DNA from: Salinirussus sp.
GTDB lineage: Archaea; Halobacteriota; Halobacteria; Halobacteriales; Haloarculaceae
Length of the DNA: 45,252 nt
Assembly: GCA_028275005.1 (NCBI GenBank)
Contig: JAQCNN010000069.1
Span: 1 to 45,252 of the forward strand
Direction of reading: 5' to 3'
The translations under genes and the position numbers were made by a program. Below the pieces are notes generated by a model. The model was not told the DNA's origin and ran no database searches. It was given only the letters and a program-made list of their open reading frames with translations. Shown in pieces: positions 37,702 through 45,252 of the stretch (position 1 is its first letter; every line of letters begins with the position of its first letter).

Positions 37702-39948
37702 ATGGCTGACCCGGTCCGCGTACTCCACGTCGACGACGACCCGGAGTTTGCGGGTATCGTCTCGACGGTGCTCGAGCGCGACGAGGGCCAGTTTCGCGTG
37801 GAGACAGAGGCGAGTGCCGCCGACGGGCTCGCCCGGCTCCGGGACGGCGCGTTCGACGCCGTTGTCTCCGACTACGAGATGACCGACCGGGACGGCCTCG
37901 AGTTCCTCGAAGCTGTCCGTGAGGCCCACCCTAACCTCCCGTTTATTCTCTACACCGGCCGTGGGAGCGAGGAACTCGCCAGCGAGGCCATCTCGGCGGG
38001 CGTGACCGACTACCTCCAGAAGGGGACCGGCACCGGCCAGTTCGACGTGCTCGCAAACCGGGTCCGGAACGCCGTCGAGCGGTACCGCTCCCGTCGTAGT
38101 CTGGAGCGAAACGAGGCCATCCTGGAGGCAGCCGGCGACGCTGTCTACGCACTGGACCTGGATGGCGTTCTGACGTCGGTCAACGAGCGGCTCGTCGAGT
38201 GGGCGGGCTACAGCCGCGAGCGACTGCTCGGGAGCCACGCCTCGCTCATCCTCGGCGAGGAGGAGGTCGAGCGAGGCCGGGCGGCGGTCCGGGCGTTGCT
38301 CGACGGTGACCGTACCGTCGACGAGTTCGAGGGACGACTCCACACCGCAGACGGCGACACGGTCCCGGTCGAGGCACGGATCACCCTGCTCGAGGAGAAC
38401 GGGACGGTGAAGGGGTCGACCGGTGTCCTCCGTGGTATCGCCCAGCGAAAGGAGCGCGAGCGGGAGCTCCGGCGCTACGAGAGTATCTTCGAGGAACTTG
38501 ACGACGCCGTCTACGTCCTCGATGACGACGAGACCCTCGTCTACGTCAACAGCGCGTACGCGTCGATAAAAGGTGTCGACCGTGCGACCCTCATCGGTGA
38601 CTCGATCACGGAGTGGGCCGACGAGGAAACGGTCGCCCTCGCCCGGGAGGCCCGCGAGGACCTCCGAGCGGGCGAGCAAACTGTCGAGATTGTCGAGGAC
38701 GTGTTCAGCACCGCCGACGGGAGGGCTATCCCCGCCGAACTCCGCCTGATCAACATCACACGGGCGGACGGCCGGACCGAGCGAGTCGGTGTTATTCGCG
38801 ATATCACCGAGCGCAAGGAGTACGAGCACAGCCTCGAGGCGCTCAGCGGGACAGCCCGGGAGCTGATGGCCGCCACGTCACGGGAGGCGGTCGCCGAGAT
38901 CGGGGTCGAAACCGTCCGGGACGTCCTCGGGCTCGAGGCGAACGCCCTCCACCTCTACGAGGAGAGCAACGATGGCGAGGGGTCGCTCGTCCCGGTGGCG
39001 ATAACGGACGCCGGCCGCGAGCTGGTGGGCGACCCCCCGACCTTTTCGGGCCCGGGTAGTATCGCCTGGCGCGTCTACCAACGAGGCGAGGCGCTGGCGG
39101 TCGACGACGTCCACCAGGACCCCGACACCTACAACCCCGACTCCCCGGTCCGGAGTGAACTCCACCTGCCGGTCGGTGACTACGGGCTGCTGATCGCCTG
39201 CTCGTCGACCCCGGAGCGGTTCGACCAGCGCGATATGGCCCTCGGGAAGCTCCTCGCCGGCAGCATCGAGACGGCGCTCGAGCAGGTCGAACAGACCCAA
39301 CAGCTCCGGGAACGCGAGCAGGAGCTAACCCGCCAGAACGAGCGTCTCAAGCGGTTCGCGGGCGTCGTCTCTCACGACCTGCGGAACCCGCTGAACGTCG
39401 CCCAGGGGCGGGTCGAGTTGGCCCGTGAGGAGACCGAAATCGCCCACCTCGAGGACGCCGCCGAGGCGCTGGACCGGAGCCAGACACTCATCGACGACCT
39501 CCTGACACTCGCACGGGAGGGTGAGACAACCGGCGAGCGGGAGCCGGTTGCACTCCCCGACCTGCTCGAGGCCTGTTGGGCAACCGTCGAGACCGGCGAG
39601 GCGACCCTCCGGGTCGGGACTGACCGGACCGTCAGCGCCGACGAGAGCCGCCTGCGACAGCTGTTCGAGAATCTCATCCGTAACGCCGTCGAGCACGGCG
39701 GCGAGACCGTCACGGTGACCGTCGGGGAACTCGAGGACGGCTTCTACGTCGAGGACGACGGCCCGGGGGTCCCGGAGACAGAGCGCGAGCGTGTGTTCGA
39801 GCCGGGCCACTCTACCTCGGAGAACGGGACGGGATTCGGTCTCGCCATCGTCCGTGAGACGGCAAAGGCACACGGCTGGGCTGTCCGGGTGACCGAGGGC
39901 TCGGCGGGCGGTGCACGCTTCGAAATCACCGGCGTAGACGAACGCTGA
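37702..39948 (+). CDS. hybrid sensor histidine kinase (REC-PAS-PAS-GAF-HisKA-HATPase)
   Basis: LHVDDD/VSDYEM receiver domain, two PAS/PAC blocks, GAF, SHDLRNPL H-box, ENLIRNA, DDGPG and GTGFGL. Confidence 0.93.
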   Translation: MADPVRVLHVDDDPEFAGIVSTVLERDEGQFRVETEASAADGLARLRDGAFDAVVSDYEMTDRDGLEFLEAVREAHPNLPFILYTGRGSEELASEAISAGVTDYLQKGTGTGQFDVLANRVRNAVERYRSRRSLERNEAILEAAGDAVYALDLDGVLTSVNERLVEWAGYSRERLLGSHASLILGEEEVERGRAAVRALLDGDRTVDEFEGRLHTADGDTVPVEARITLLEENGTVKGSTGVLRGIAQRKERERELRRYESIFEELDDAVYVLDDDETLVYVNSAYASIKGVDRATLIGDSITEWADEETVALAREAREDLRAGEQTVEIVEDVFSTADGRAIPAELRLINITRADGRTERVGVIRDITERKEYEHSLEALSGTARELMAATSREAVAEIGVETVRDVLGLEANALHLYEESNDGEGSLVPVAITDAGRELVGDPPTFSGPGSIAWRVYQRGEALAVDDVHQDPDTYNPDSPVRSELHLPVGDYGLLIACSSTPERFDQRDMALGKLLAGSIETALEQVEQTQQLREREQELTRQNERLKRFAGVVSHDLRNPLNVAQGRVELAREETEIAHLEDAAEALDRSQTLIDDLLTLAREGETTGEREPVALPDLLEACWATVETGEATLRVGTDRTVSADESRLRQLFENLIRNAVEHGGETVTVTVGELEDGFYVEDDGPGVPETERERVFEPGHSTSENGTGFGLAIVRETAKAHGWAVRVTEGSAGGARFEITGVDER

Positions 39949-40015
39949 GCCCCGCCGGGCCGAACGGAAACGCGCCCGGCTCACCGCCAAACAGCCGTCC
40001 CCGGGGCTAGAACGC

Positions 40016-40243
40016 CTATGACCCCTGAGGACCCACGTCAGGCGGTGAACTCCGTTCCACCCAGGCCTGGCCCCCGTACTCGGACATCTTCGCGATCCCG
40101 GCGATCGCGGCCCGCAGGCTGATCCCGACGAGTGGAATATCCGCGACCGTCACGACGATATCCGCCTGGATGACGACGCCTCTCTCGAGCAGGACATCGA
40201 GCAACTCGACGAGCGCGTGTTCCTCAGTTCGAGTCGGTTGCAT
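40016..40243 (-). CDS. gvpM: gas vesicle protein GvpM
   Basis: MQPTRTEEHALVELLDVLLERGVVIQADIVVTVADIPLVGISLRAAIAG (GvpA-like); last gene of the gvp run. Confidence 0.88.
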   Translation of the reverse strand: MQPTRTEEHALVELLDVLLERGVVIQADIVVTVADIPLVGISLRAAIAGIAKMSEYGGQAWVERSSPPDVGPQGS

Positions 40244-40308
40244 GGGTAGAGTGATGGGTCGGTCTGTCGGTACTCGGCCGGGCACTGTCGCCGGCGAGCG
40301 GTCGAACG

Positions 40309-41163
40309 CTACCCGTCATCGGTGATCTCCGGGGCAAACGTGTAGGGCGGCCAGGGGCCCGTGAACCGAACGTCGACACCGGGGGTGTCGGCGATGTCGT
40401 CGAGTGTCGAGCCGAGAGCCGACTCCGCCGTCGACGGCGCCAACAGGGCAACCTGCCCGATGGCGTCGGAGTCGAGTTCGAGCCCCAGGGAGGCGGCCGC
40501 GTCGGACTGTACCGGCCGCTCGGTGACCTCTCTGGCGTCCGCGCTCAGCCGGTCGACGAGCATCTCCTTCAGCGCCGTCTCTCGCTGTCGGACCAGCTCG
40601 CGCAGTCGCTGGTCGTACTTCTTCTCGAGCAGGAACTGGGTGCCGGTGCCGGACCGGTCGAGTCGCTGGTCGATGCTCGAGAGTTCGGCATCGGTCGTCC
40701 GCTGTTCGGCTTCGAAGCCCGTCGGGTCCCAGGACAGCGTCACACGGTACTCCCAGCAGCCGTCCAACTCGCCGAACGCGTCTGTCACCTGCCCGCTGTT
40801 CCGGTCGAGCCACGCGGCGACCGCCTCGTCGTCGCCGTCGAGGACGGTGTCGAACTGGACCGGCAGGGGCGTTCCAAACCGGTCACCGGCGGCGTCGACG
40901 ACCTGCTGGTGGGCGAGCAGCCAGTCCCGGAGCTTCGTGAGGTCGGTCGAGTCGAAGGGGCCCTCGCGCTCGTGGACGAGCGCGCCAACGGCGGCCTGTC
41001 GGGCCGTGATGAGGAAGACCGACTCACCCTCGATCCCGTCGATGTCGACCGGTACTGTGCCCGTGTCCTGTCCCTCGTCGAGGTCGACGAGACAGTAGAG
41101 ATACCGGCCGGTGTCGACGGTCTCCCCGACGGTGCTCCCGTCGGAGTCTGCCGTCTCACTCAT
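40309..41163 (-). CDS. gvpL: gas vesicle protein GvpL
   Basis: GRYLYC, LLAHQQVVD, TPLPVQF, FTGPWPPYTFAP (GvpF/L family); lies between gvpK and gvpM. Confidence 0.92.
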   Translation of the reverse strand: MSETADSDGSTVGETVDTGRYLYCLVDLDEGQDTGTVPVDIDGIEGESVFLITARQAAVGALVHEREGPFDSTDLTKLRDWLLAHQQVVDAAGDRFGTPLPVQFDTVLDGDDEAVAAWLDRNSGQVTDAFGELDGCWEYRVTLSWDPTGFEAEQRTTDAELSSIDQRLDRSGTGTQFLLEKKYDQRLRELVRQRETALKEMLVDRLSADAREVTERPVQSDAAASLGLELDSDAIGQVALLAPSTAESALGSTLDDIADTPGVDVRFTGPWPPYTFAPEITDDG

Positions 41164-41461
41164 ACTGTCCCTCCCCGTTCACGACGTTCCGGAGTGCGTC
41201 GTCGAGGACATCGTCGAGCTGTCCGCGGAAGGAGTCGACCTCCTCCTCGATGTCCTGGTCCGCCTTCAGCCGCTCGAGCTCCTGGTCGAGGCGACACAGC
41301 TGCTGTCCGAGCCGCTCGACCTCCGCATCGGAGAGATTCCCGCCGTCCATGCGACGGACGGCCTCCCGTTCGAGCGCCTCGACGAGCAACTCCACGACGG
41401 TCACGACCAGCGACGTCAGCCCGCTCTGTAGCCCGTCGTCCTCGTCAATACTGAGTTGCAC
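41156..41461 (-). CDS. gvpK: gas vesicle protein GvpK
   Basis: GLTSLVVTVVELLVEALEREAVRRM...EVERLG; GTG start. Confidence 0.92.
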   Translation of the reverse strand: MQLSIDEDDGLQSGLTSLVVTVVELLVEALEREAVRRMDGGNLSDAEVERLGQQLCRLDQELERLKADQDIEEEVDSFRGQLDDVLDDALRNVVNGEGQYE

Positions 41462-41467
41462 GGCCGG

Positions 41468-41782
41468 TCACCCCTGCCCTCCACCGGTGACGCCGGTGGC
41501 GTCCTCTGCTGTCGCCTCCGGGGGCTCGCTCTCGCCCGCCCTCGGGGTCCCCTGTTCACTCGCCTCGGCGACCGACTCGAGGTCGGTGCCGAGGGGGAAC
41601 TCGAGCCCGTACTCGGCGGCAGTTTCGAACGAGGCGATCGCCGCACGGAGTTTCACACCGAGCAACTCTGTGTCCCCGATTGTGATGGCGATATCCGCGT
41701 TGATCACCACACCCTTGTCGAGCAGCGTCTCGAGCATCTGTGCGAGGTCACCCTGTGTCCGGGTGGGTTTTGGACCGCTCAT
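41468..41782 (-). CDS. gvpJ: gas vesicle protein GvpJ
   Basis: PKPTRTQGDLAQMLETLLDKGVVINADI...LRAAIASFETAAEYGLEFP. Confidence 0.94.
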   Translation of the reverse strand: MSGPKPTRTQGDLAQMLETLLDKGVVINADIAITIGDTELLGVKLRAAIASFETAAEYGLEFPLGTDLESVAEASEQGTPRAGESEPPEATAEDATGVTGGGQG

Positions 41783-42177
41783 TGCTGTTCACCCTCGCTG
41801 TCAGCCCCGCCATCCTCGTCGTCGCGGTCGGGCCGGATCTGTTCGTACAGCCTGAGCCCGTAGAGACGAGTCGCCGCCGGGACGGTCGACCCCTTTGGCC
41901 GTGCCGGGACGGTCGAGTGTGAGTGCCTGACCGCAACCTCCTCGTTCGAGTCCGTCGACGGCACTGTCGAGTGTGCGCCCGCGTTCGTCGACCCCTCTGC
42001 GTCCCTGGACCCGGACTGTTCGGCGTCGCGGTCGACGTTCTCGGCGCGCCGACGCGCCAGTTTCCGGCCCTGGGCGAGGAGGTTCTGTCTCGTCTTGTCG
42101 CGGTTGCGGAGCGCTCTGGCGACGACCTTGTTCCGCTGCTGTGTCTGCTCTCGTCGTTGCTTTCTGTTATTAGTCAT
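41779..42177 (-). CDS. gvpI: gas vesicle protein GvpI
   Basis: Unusually basic N-terminus (NRDKTRQNLL...KLARRR), repeated (H)STVP motifs, RLYGLRL; lies between gvpH and gvpJ. Confidence 0.85.
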   Translation of the reverse strand: MTNNRKQRREQTQQRNKVVARALRNRDKTRQNLLAQGRKLARRRAENVDRDAEQSGSRDAEGSTNAGAHSTVPSTDSNEEVAVRHSHSTVPARPKGSTVPAATRLYGLRLYEQIRPDRDDEDGGADSEGEQQ

Positions 42178-42701
42178 GTATTCGCCCCTTCGTTGCTGTC
42201 CTCGCCGCCCTGTGGTTCGACGTGTACCTCGAGCACCTGGTTGGTGAATGCGACCTCGGTGACAGTCGCCCCGCCCCAGTCGAGCGGGACCGACCTGAGC
42301 ACCGCACCGTCGACACGGATCTCGAGTGCGTCGTCGTTGTCGGTCGTCTCGACGCTGACCTCGTCGGCCGAAACCGCCGGGAGGTCGGCGACAACGACGA
42401 GTTCGCCCTCGGCGTCGTTGACCCGGACCCGGTACTCGTGGTCCTCGGACTCACCCTTTATGTCCCAGTCCCGGCTCCGGCGGTCGGTGCGGCCCTCGTC
42501 GCCGGAGGCTATCGTCCCGATGTTGATGTCGTAGTCGAAGGTCGCGTCCCCGCGCCGGACAGTGTCGGACCGTCGCTCGCCGGCGTCCAGGTCGGCGTCG
42601 TCGAGCTGTTCGAGCAGTGTCGAGAGCGTCTCGAAGACGTTCCCGAGCGGGATCGACCCGGGGACGTCCTCGTCGTCGTCTCTGTCGGTGTTGTCTGGCA
42701 C
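42174..42701 (-). CDS. gvpH: gas vesicle protein GvpH
   Basis: FDYDINIG, VVADLP, FTNQVLEV (Hsp20-like); lies between gvpG and gvpI. Confidence 0.88.
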   Translation of the reverse strand: MPDNTDRDDDEDVPGSIPLGNVFETLSTLLEQLDDADLDAGERRSDTVRRGDATFDYDINIGTIASGDEGRTDRRSRDWDIKGESEDHEYRVRVNDAEGELVVVADLPAVSADEVSVETTDNDDALEIRVDGAVLRSVPLDWGGATVTEVAFTNQVLEVHVEPQGGEDSNEGANT

Positions 42702-42703
42702 TG

Positions 42704-42955
42704 TTACTGCACCTCGATGTTTCCGCTGATGAGTTTCTCGTGGACCTCCTCGGCAACCTGGAGTTCGGCCTCTAACCGCCCTTTCTTCCGCTCGTACTCC
42801 GACTCCGGCCGTTCCCCGAGTTCGTACAGCAACTGGTTTTCCTTTATCTCGTCACGGATGGCCCCCATGTCGTGGAGCTCGTCAAGCACCATCGCGTGAA
42901 GAATGTCGAGCAGTGAGACGAACGGCTTGAGCAGCAGGTCGTCGACGAGGATCAT
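42704..42955 (-). CDS. gvpG: gas vesicle protein GvpG
   Basis: MILVDDLLLKPF...IRDEIKENQLLYELGER. Confidence 0.92.
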   Translation of the reverse strand: MILVDDLLLKPFVSLLDILHAMVLDELHDMGAIRDEIKENQLLYELGERPESEYERKKGRLEAELQVAEEVHEKLISGNIEVQ

Positions 42956-43596
42956 CAGTTACTCGCCTCCGCCCCGATGTGGATGTCGACAAAGTTGTAC
43001 GGGGCCCAGGGACCGGTGTACTTGACGAGTACGTCCTCGTTTTCGGTTTCGACTCGCTCGACGGCCTCGTCGAAGGCATCGCGCTGGTCCTGTTCGACGA
43101 GATACGACCGGTTTGCGATGAGTCGGTCACTGAAGAGGTCGTCCTCGGTCTGGCCGGCGCTCAGCGGGTCGAGTTCGTCCTCGAGTGCCCCTCGCAACTC
43201 GTCGGCGTCTGTCGCCCCGTCGGCAGGGTCGACCAGCTTGATCCCGAGTTCGACACAGCCTTCGACGTCGTTGAGGGCCTTCCGGAACGCCCGCTGTGCG
43301 CCCCGCATCACCCCCTTCAGCGTCCGGGCGTTCTTGAACGCCATGCCAAAGCCCATCGGCACGACGGTCTCGACGTCGTCGCGCTCGACGACCGCCCGGA
43401 GCACGTCGTCGTGCGTTGCAACGGCCTCGTCGGTCCGCTCCGGGTCGGTCGTGTCGACCGTGGAGGTGAGCGCCGAGTGGGACCGGTAGTCGACAGTCCC
43501 GAGCGTCGACGCGCCGTAGACGCCATCGACCTCCATCTCGATGTCGGTCTGTTCGATGATGCCGTACACGTACAGGTTGGAGTTGTCGTCGCTCAT
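42955..43596 (-). CDS. gvpF: gas vesicle protein GvpF
   Basis: LYVYGII, HDDVL, VVPMGFGMAFK, ELGIK, YTGPWAPYNFVDI. Confidence 0.94.
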   Translation of the reverse strand: MSDDNSNLYVYGIIEQTDIEMEVDGVYGASTLGTVDYRSHSALTSTVDTTDPERTDEAVATHDDVLRAVVERDDVETVVPMGFGMAFKNARTLKGVMRGAQRAFRKALNDVEGCVELGIKLVDPADGATDADELRGALEDELDPLSAGQTEDDLFSDRLIANRSYLVEQDQRDAFDEAVERVETENEDVLVKYTGPWAPYNFVDIHIGAEASN

Positions 43597-43677
43597 GATT
43601 CTGGGTTGTGAGTGGTGGAACTGTCGGCGGACGTCGGCGGGGTCGCGGAGCCGCGGTGGGTGGTCAGTGCGACCATC

Positions 43678-45177
43678 TCAGACCATCTCCTGGAGCGCGA
43701 TGTCGAGGGTCCCGTCGGTCATGCTCGTGTCGAAGCCGAGAAACGGGGTGACCGGGTTCTTGCCGTACATAAAGACGGTCTCACCCCGCCGTTCGAGGCG
43801 GAGGTGGACGTCCGCGACCCGGTCGGCACGGGTTCGCTCCTTGCTGCCCGGTTTCGTCACGAGGACCGAGAGGTCGTTGTGTAGCGCGACGTAGGTGGCG
43901 TGGTCGCTCATGATCTCACTGAGCGCGTCGCCCGCCGCGTCCATGCTGATGGTGTGCAGCAGTGGGCCGTCACTCTCCTCGCGGAGGGATTCGAGCCGAC
44001 GGATGTAGTCGTCGTACTCGAACCCGCCGGCGTCGTCCCTCGGCCCGTCCCCGTCGGCGTCTGTCGGGTCGTCGTCGACATCGGACACCGGTGTCATGCT
44101 CTTGTGGTCGTAGGTCTCGAAGACGTCACAGCGGGCCTGGAACTCCGAGTCCGGAAGCGCCGGCCCCAGGTTCCGTCGCACCAGCCCAGGGCTACTCTCG
44201 GGGAGCGGGACGACCGCGACACCCAGGCCGTGAGAGAGGAAGTTCTGTGCGGTCGCGAGACAGGGGAGACTCCAGGCGTCCCGGGAGAGGTCGGGACCGA
44301 GTTCGAAGTGGACGACGCTGCCACGGTTGTAGCCGCCATCGAGCATCGTGTCGAGGTCCTCGATGCCGGTCGAGAACTTCGACTTTGAGTTGTCGACGGG
44401 CGTCCACTCCGGGTCACCGACGACGCCCCGGGAGACCGGCAGGTCGACGGGTGTGAACACCCGAAAGGTCTCCTCGGAGAGGGTGAACGGCCGTGTCCGG
44501 TTGGCGATCCGAACGCCCCGGAGTTTCTCGAGCAGGAGTTCCCGCTCGGGGCGACCGCCGGTGCTGTGGCCGACACGGAGTTCGACGACACCGTCCACGA
44601 CGTAGTCGAGCTTTGTCTGCTCCGCCTCCTCGGTGATCAGGATGATCCGGAACCCGTGGCGACGGGCGAGCTTGGCCATCCGGGTCACCAGCTCCTCGGG
44701 CTCGGGCGCGTCGTCCTGGTGGGCCTCCGAGAGCAGGTGTTGCTCGACGAGTTCCCAGCTGTCGAAGACGGCGGTAAAGGGGTCCGAGACGTCGCTGACC
44801 GCCCGCAGCCACTCGAGGAAGGTGTCGGGGTCGAACCTGTCGGCGCCGATCTCCTCGGCGGGTGTGATGTCGGCGTCGAACGGGTCCTGGGAGATGTCGA
44901 GTACGTTCGACGGGGTGAGACGGGTCGTCTCCTTCAGGTAGTTGCGGTAGATGGTGTCAGTGTCTACGCGCGTGGTCACATAGAGAACGTCCCCGCCGTA
45001 CTGCCGAAGGATGTCGAGCGCCTGGACGGCAAAGAGTGTCTTCCCGGCACCAGGGTCTCCGCGGACGAGGAGCACCTGCCCCCGCCTCTGGGTGAAAAAC
45101 CGCAGGAGCTCCGCCGGGAACTCCTCGACGCCGCGTTGACCCGCGTTTACGTGTTCACGTTCTGAATGGTGTGACAC
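43678..45177 (-). CDS. gvpD: gas vesicle regulator GvpD (KaiC-like P-loop protein)
   Basis: GDPGAGKT Walker A, FDSWE, LDYVVDGVV, LEKLRGVRI, FSTGIEDLD..L.GGYNRGSVVH, DLSRDAWS; start codon uncertain. Confidence 0.9.
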   Translation of the reverse strand: MSHHSEREHVNAGQRGVEEFPAELLRFFTQRRGQVLLVRGDPGAGKTLFAVQALDILRQYGGDVLYVTTRVDTDTIYRNYLKETTRLTPSNVLDISQDPFDADITPAEEIGADRFDPDTFLEWLRAVSDVSDPFTAVFDSWELVEQHLLSEAHQDDAPEPEELVTRMAKLARRHGFRIILITEEAEQTKLDYVVDGVVELRVGHSTGGRPERELLLEKLRGVRIANRTRPFTLSEETFRVFTPVDLPVSRGVVGDPEWTPVDNSKSKFSTGIEDLDTMLDGGYNRGSVVHFELGPDLSRDAWSLPCLATAQNFLSHGLGVAVVPLPESSPGLVRRNLGPALPDSEFQARCDVFETYDHKSMTPVSDVDDDPTDADGDGPRDDAGGFEYDDYIRRLESLREESDGPLLHTISMDAAGDALSEIMSDHATYVALHNDLSVLVTKPGSKERTRADRVADVHLRLERRGETVFMYGKNPVTPFLGFDTSMTDGTLDIALQEMV

Positions 45178-45203
45178 CGCGTTCGGACACAGACGAGCAA
45201 CTG

Positions 45204-45250
45204 CTAAAACAGTATCCTCGATTACGCCTACCGTTTTGATGGCCGTTACG
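45204..45250 (-). promoter_or_regulatory. gvpD promoter with GvpE-UAS-like tandem 8-mers
   Basis: Minus strand reads CGTAACGG-n4-CAAAACGG-n4-CGTAATCG (45250-45219), then a TATA-like TGTTTTAG (45211-45204) about 27 nt before the gvpD start. Confidence 0.55.
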
Positions 45251-45252
45251 TC

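Noticed and set aside
38100-38830. PAS domains of the kinase as LOV blue-light sensors for gas vesicle control
   Set aside because: No GRNCRFLQ-type flavin-binding Cys motif in either PAS domain.

Overview
High-GC DNA encoding acidic proteins, typical of a haloarchaeal (Halobacteria) chromosome and mostly core genome. From left to right: a bacterial-type operon (GT4 glycosyltransferase, SAM methyltransferase and an (alpha/alpha)-barrel QW-repeat protein that runs off the window edge); a small Hsp20-like gene coupled to cdc48; a Zn-dependent MDR oxidoreductase; panB; a HAD hydrolase; MBF1; tRNA-Leu(GAG) with a duplicated 3' end; a stand-alone sdhA; an M20 peptidase; a PadR-like regulator; fba-fbp-gdh; a hotdog-fold protein; panA; mre11-rad50; polB; sufCBD; a ferritin-like gene; two DtxR-family regulators; an Lrp-TRASH copper regulator and copA; an ArgE/DapE deacylase; a hybrid sensor kinase; and the gas vesicle accessory genes gvpD-F-G-H-I-J-K-L-M. 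The most notable items are (1) the uncharacterised three-enzyme glycoside operon, (2) a gvp cluster with no gvpE between gvpD and gvpF but a GvpE-UAS-like triple repeat upstream of gvpD, (3) short duplications of gene 3' ends (tRNA-Leu, copA) and miniature palindromic elements, (4) a candidate sRNA, and (5) the same VSRTF-x C-terminal tail on Cdc48 and PAN. All calls come from motif recognition by eye; no database searches were run.
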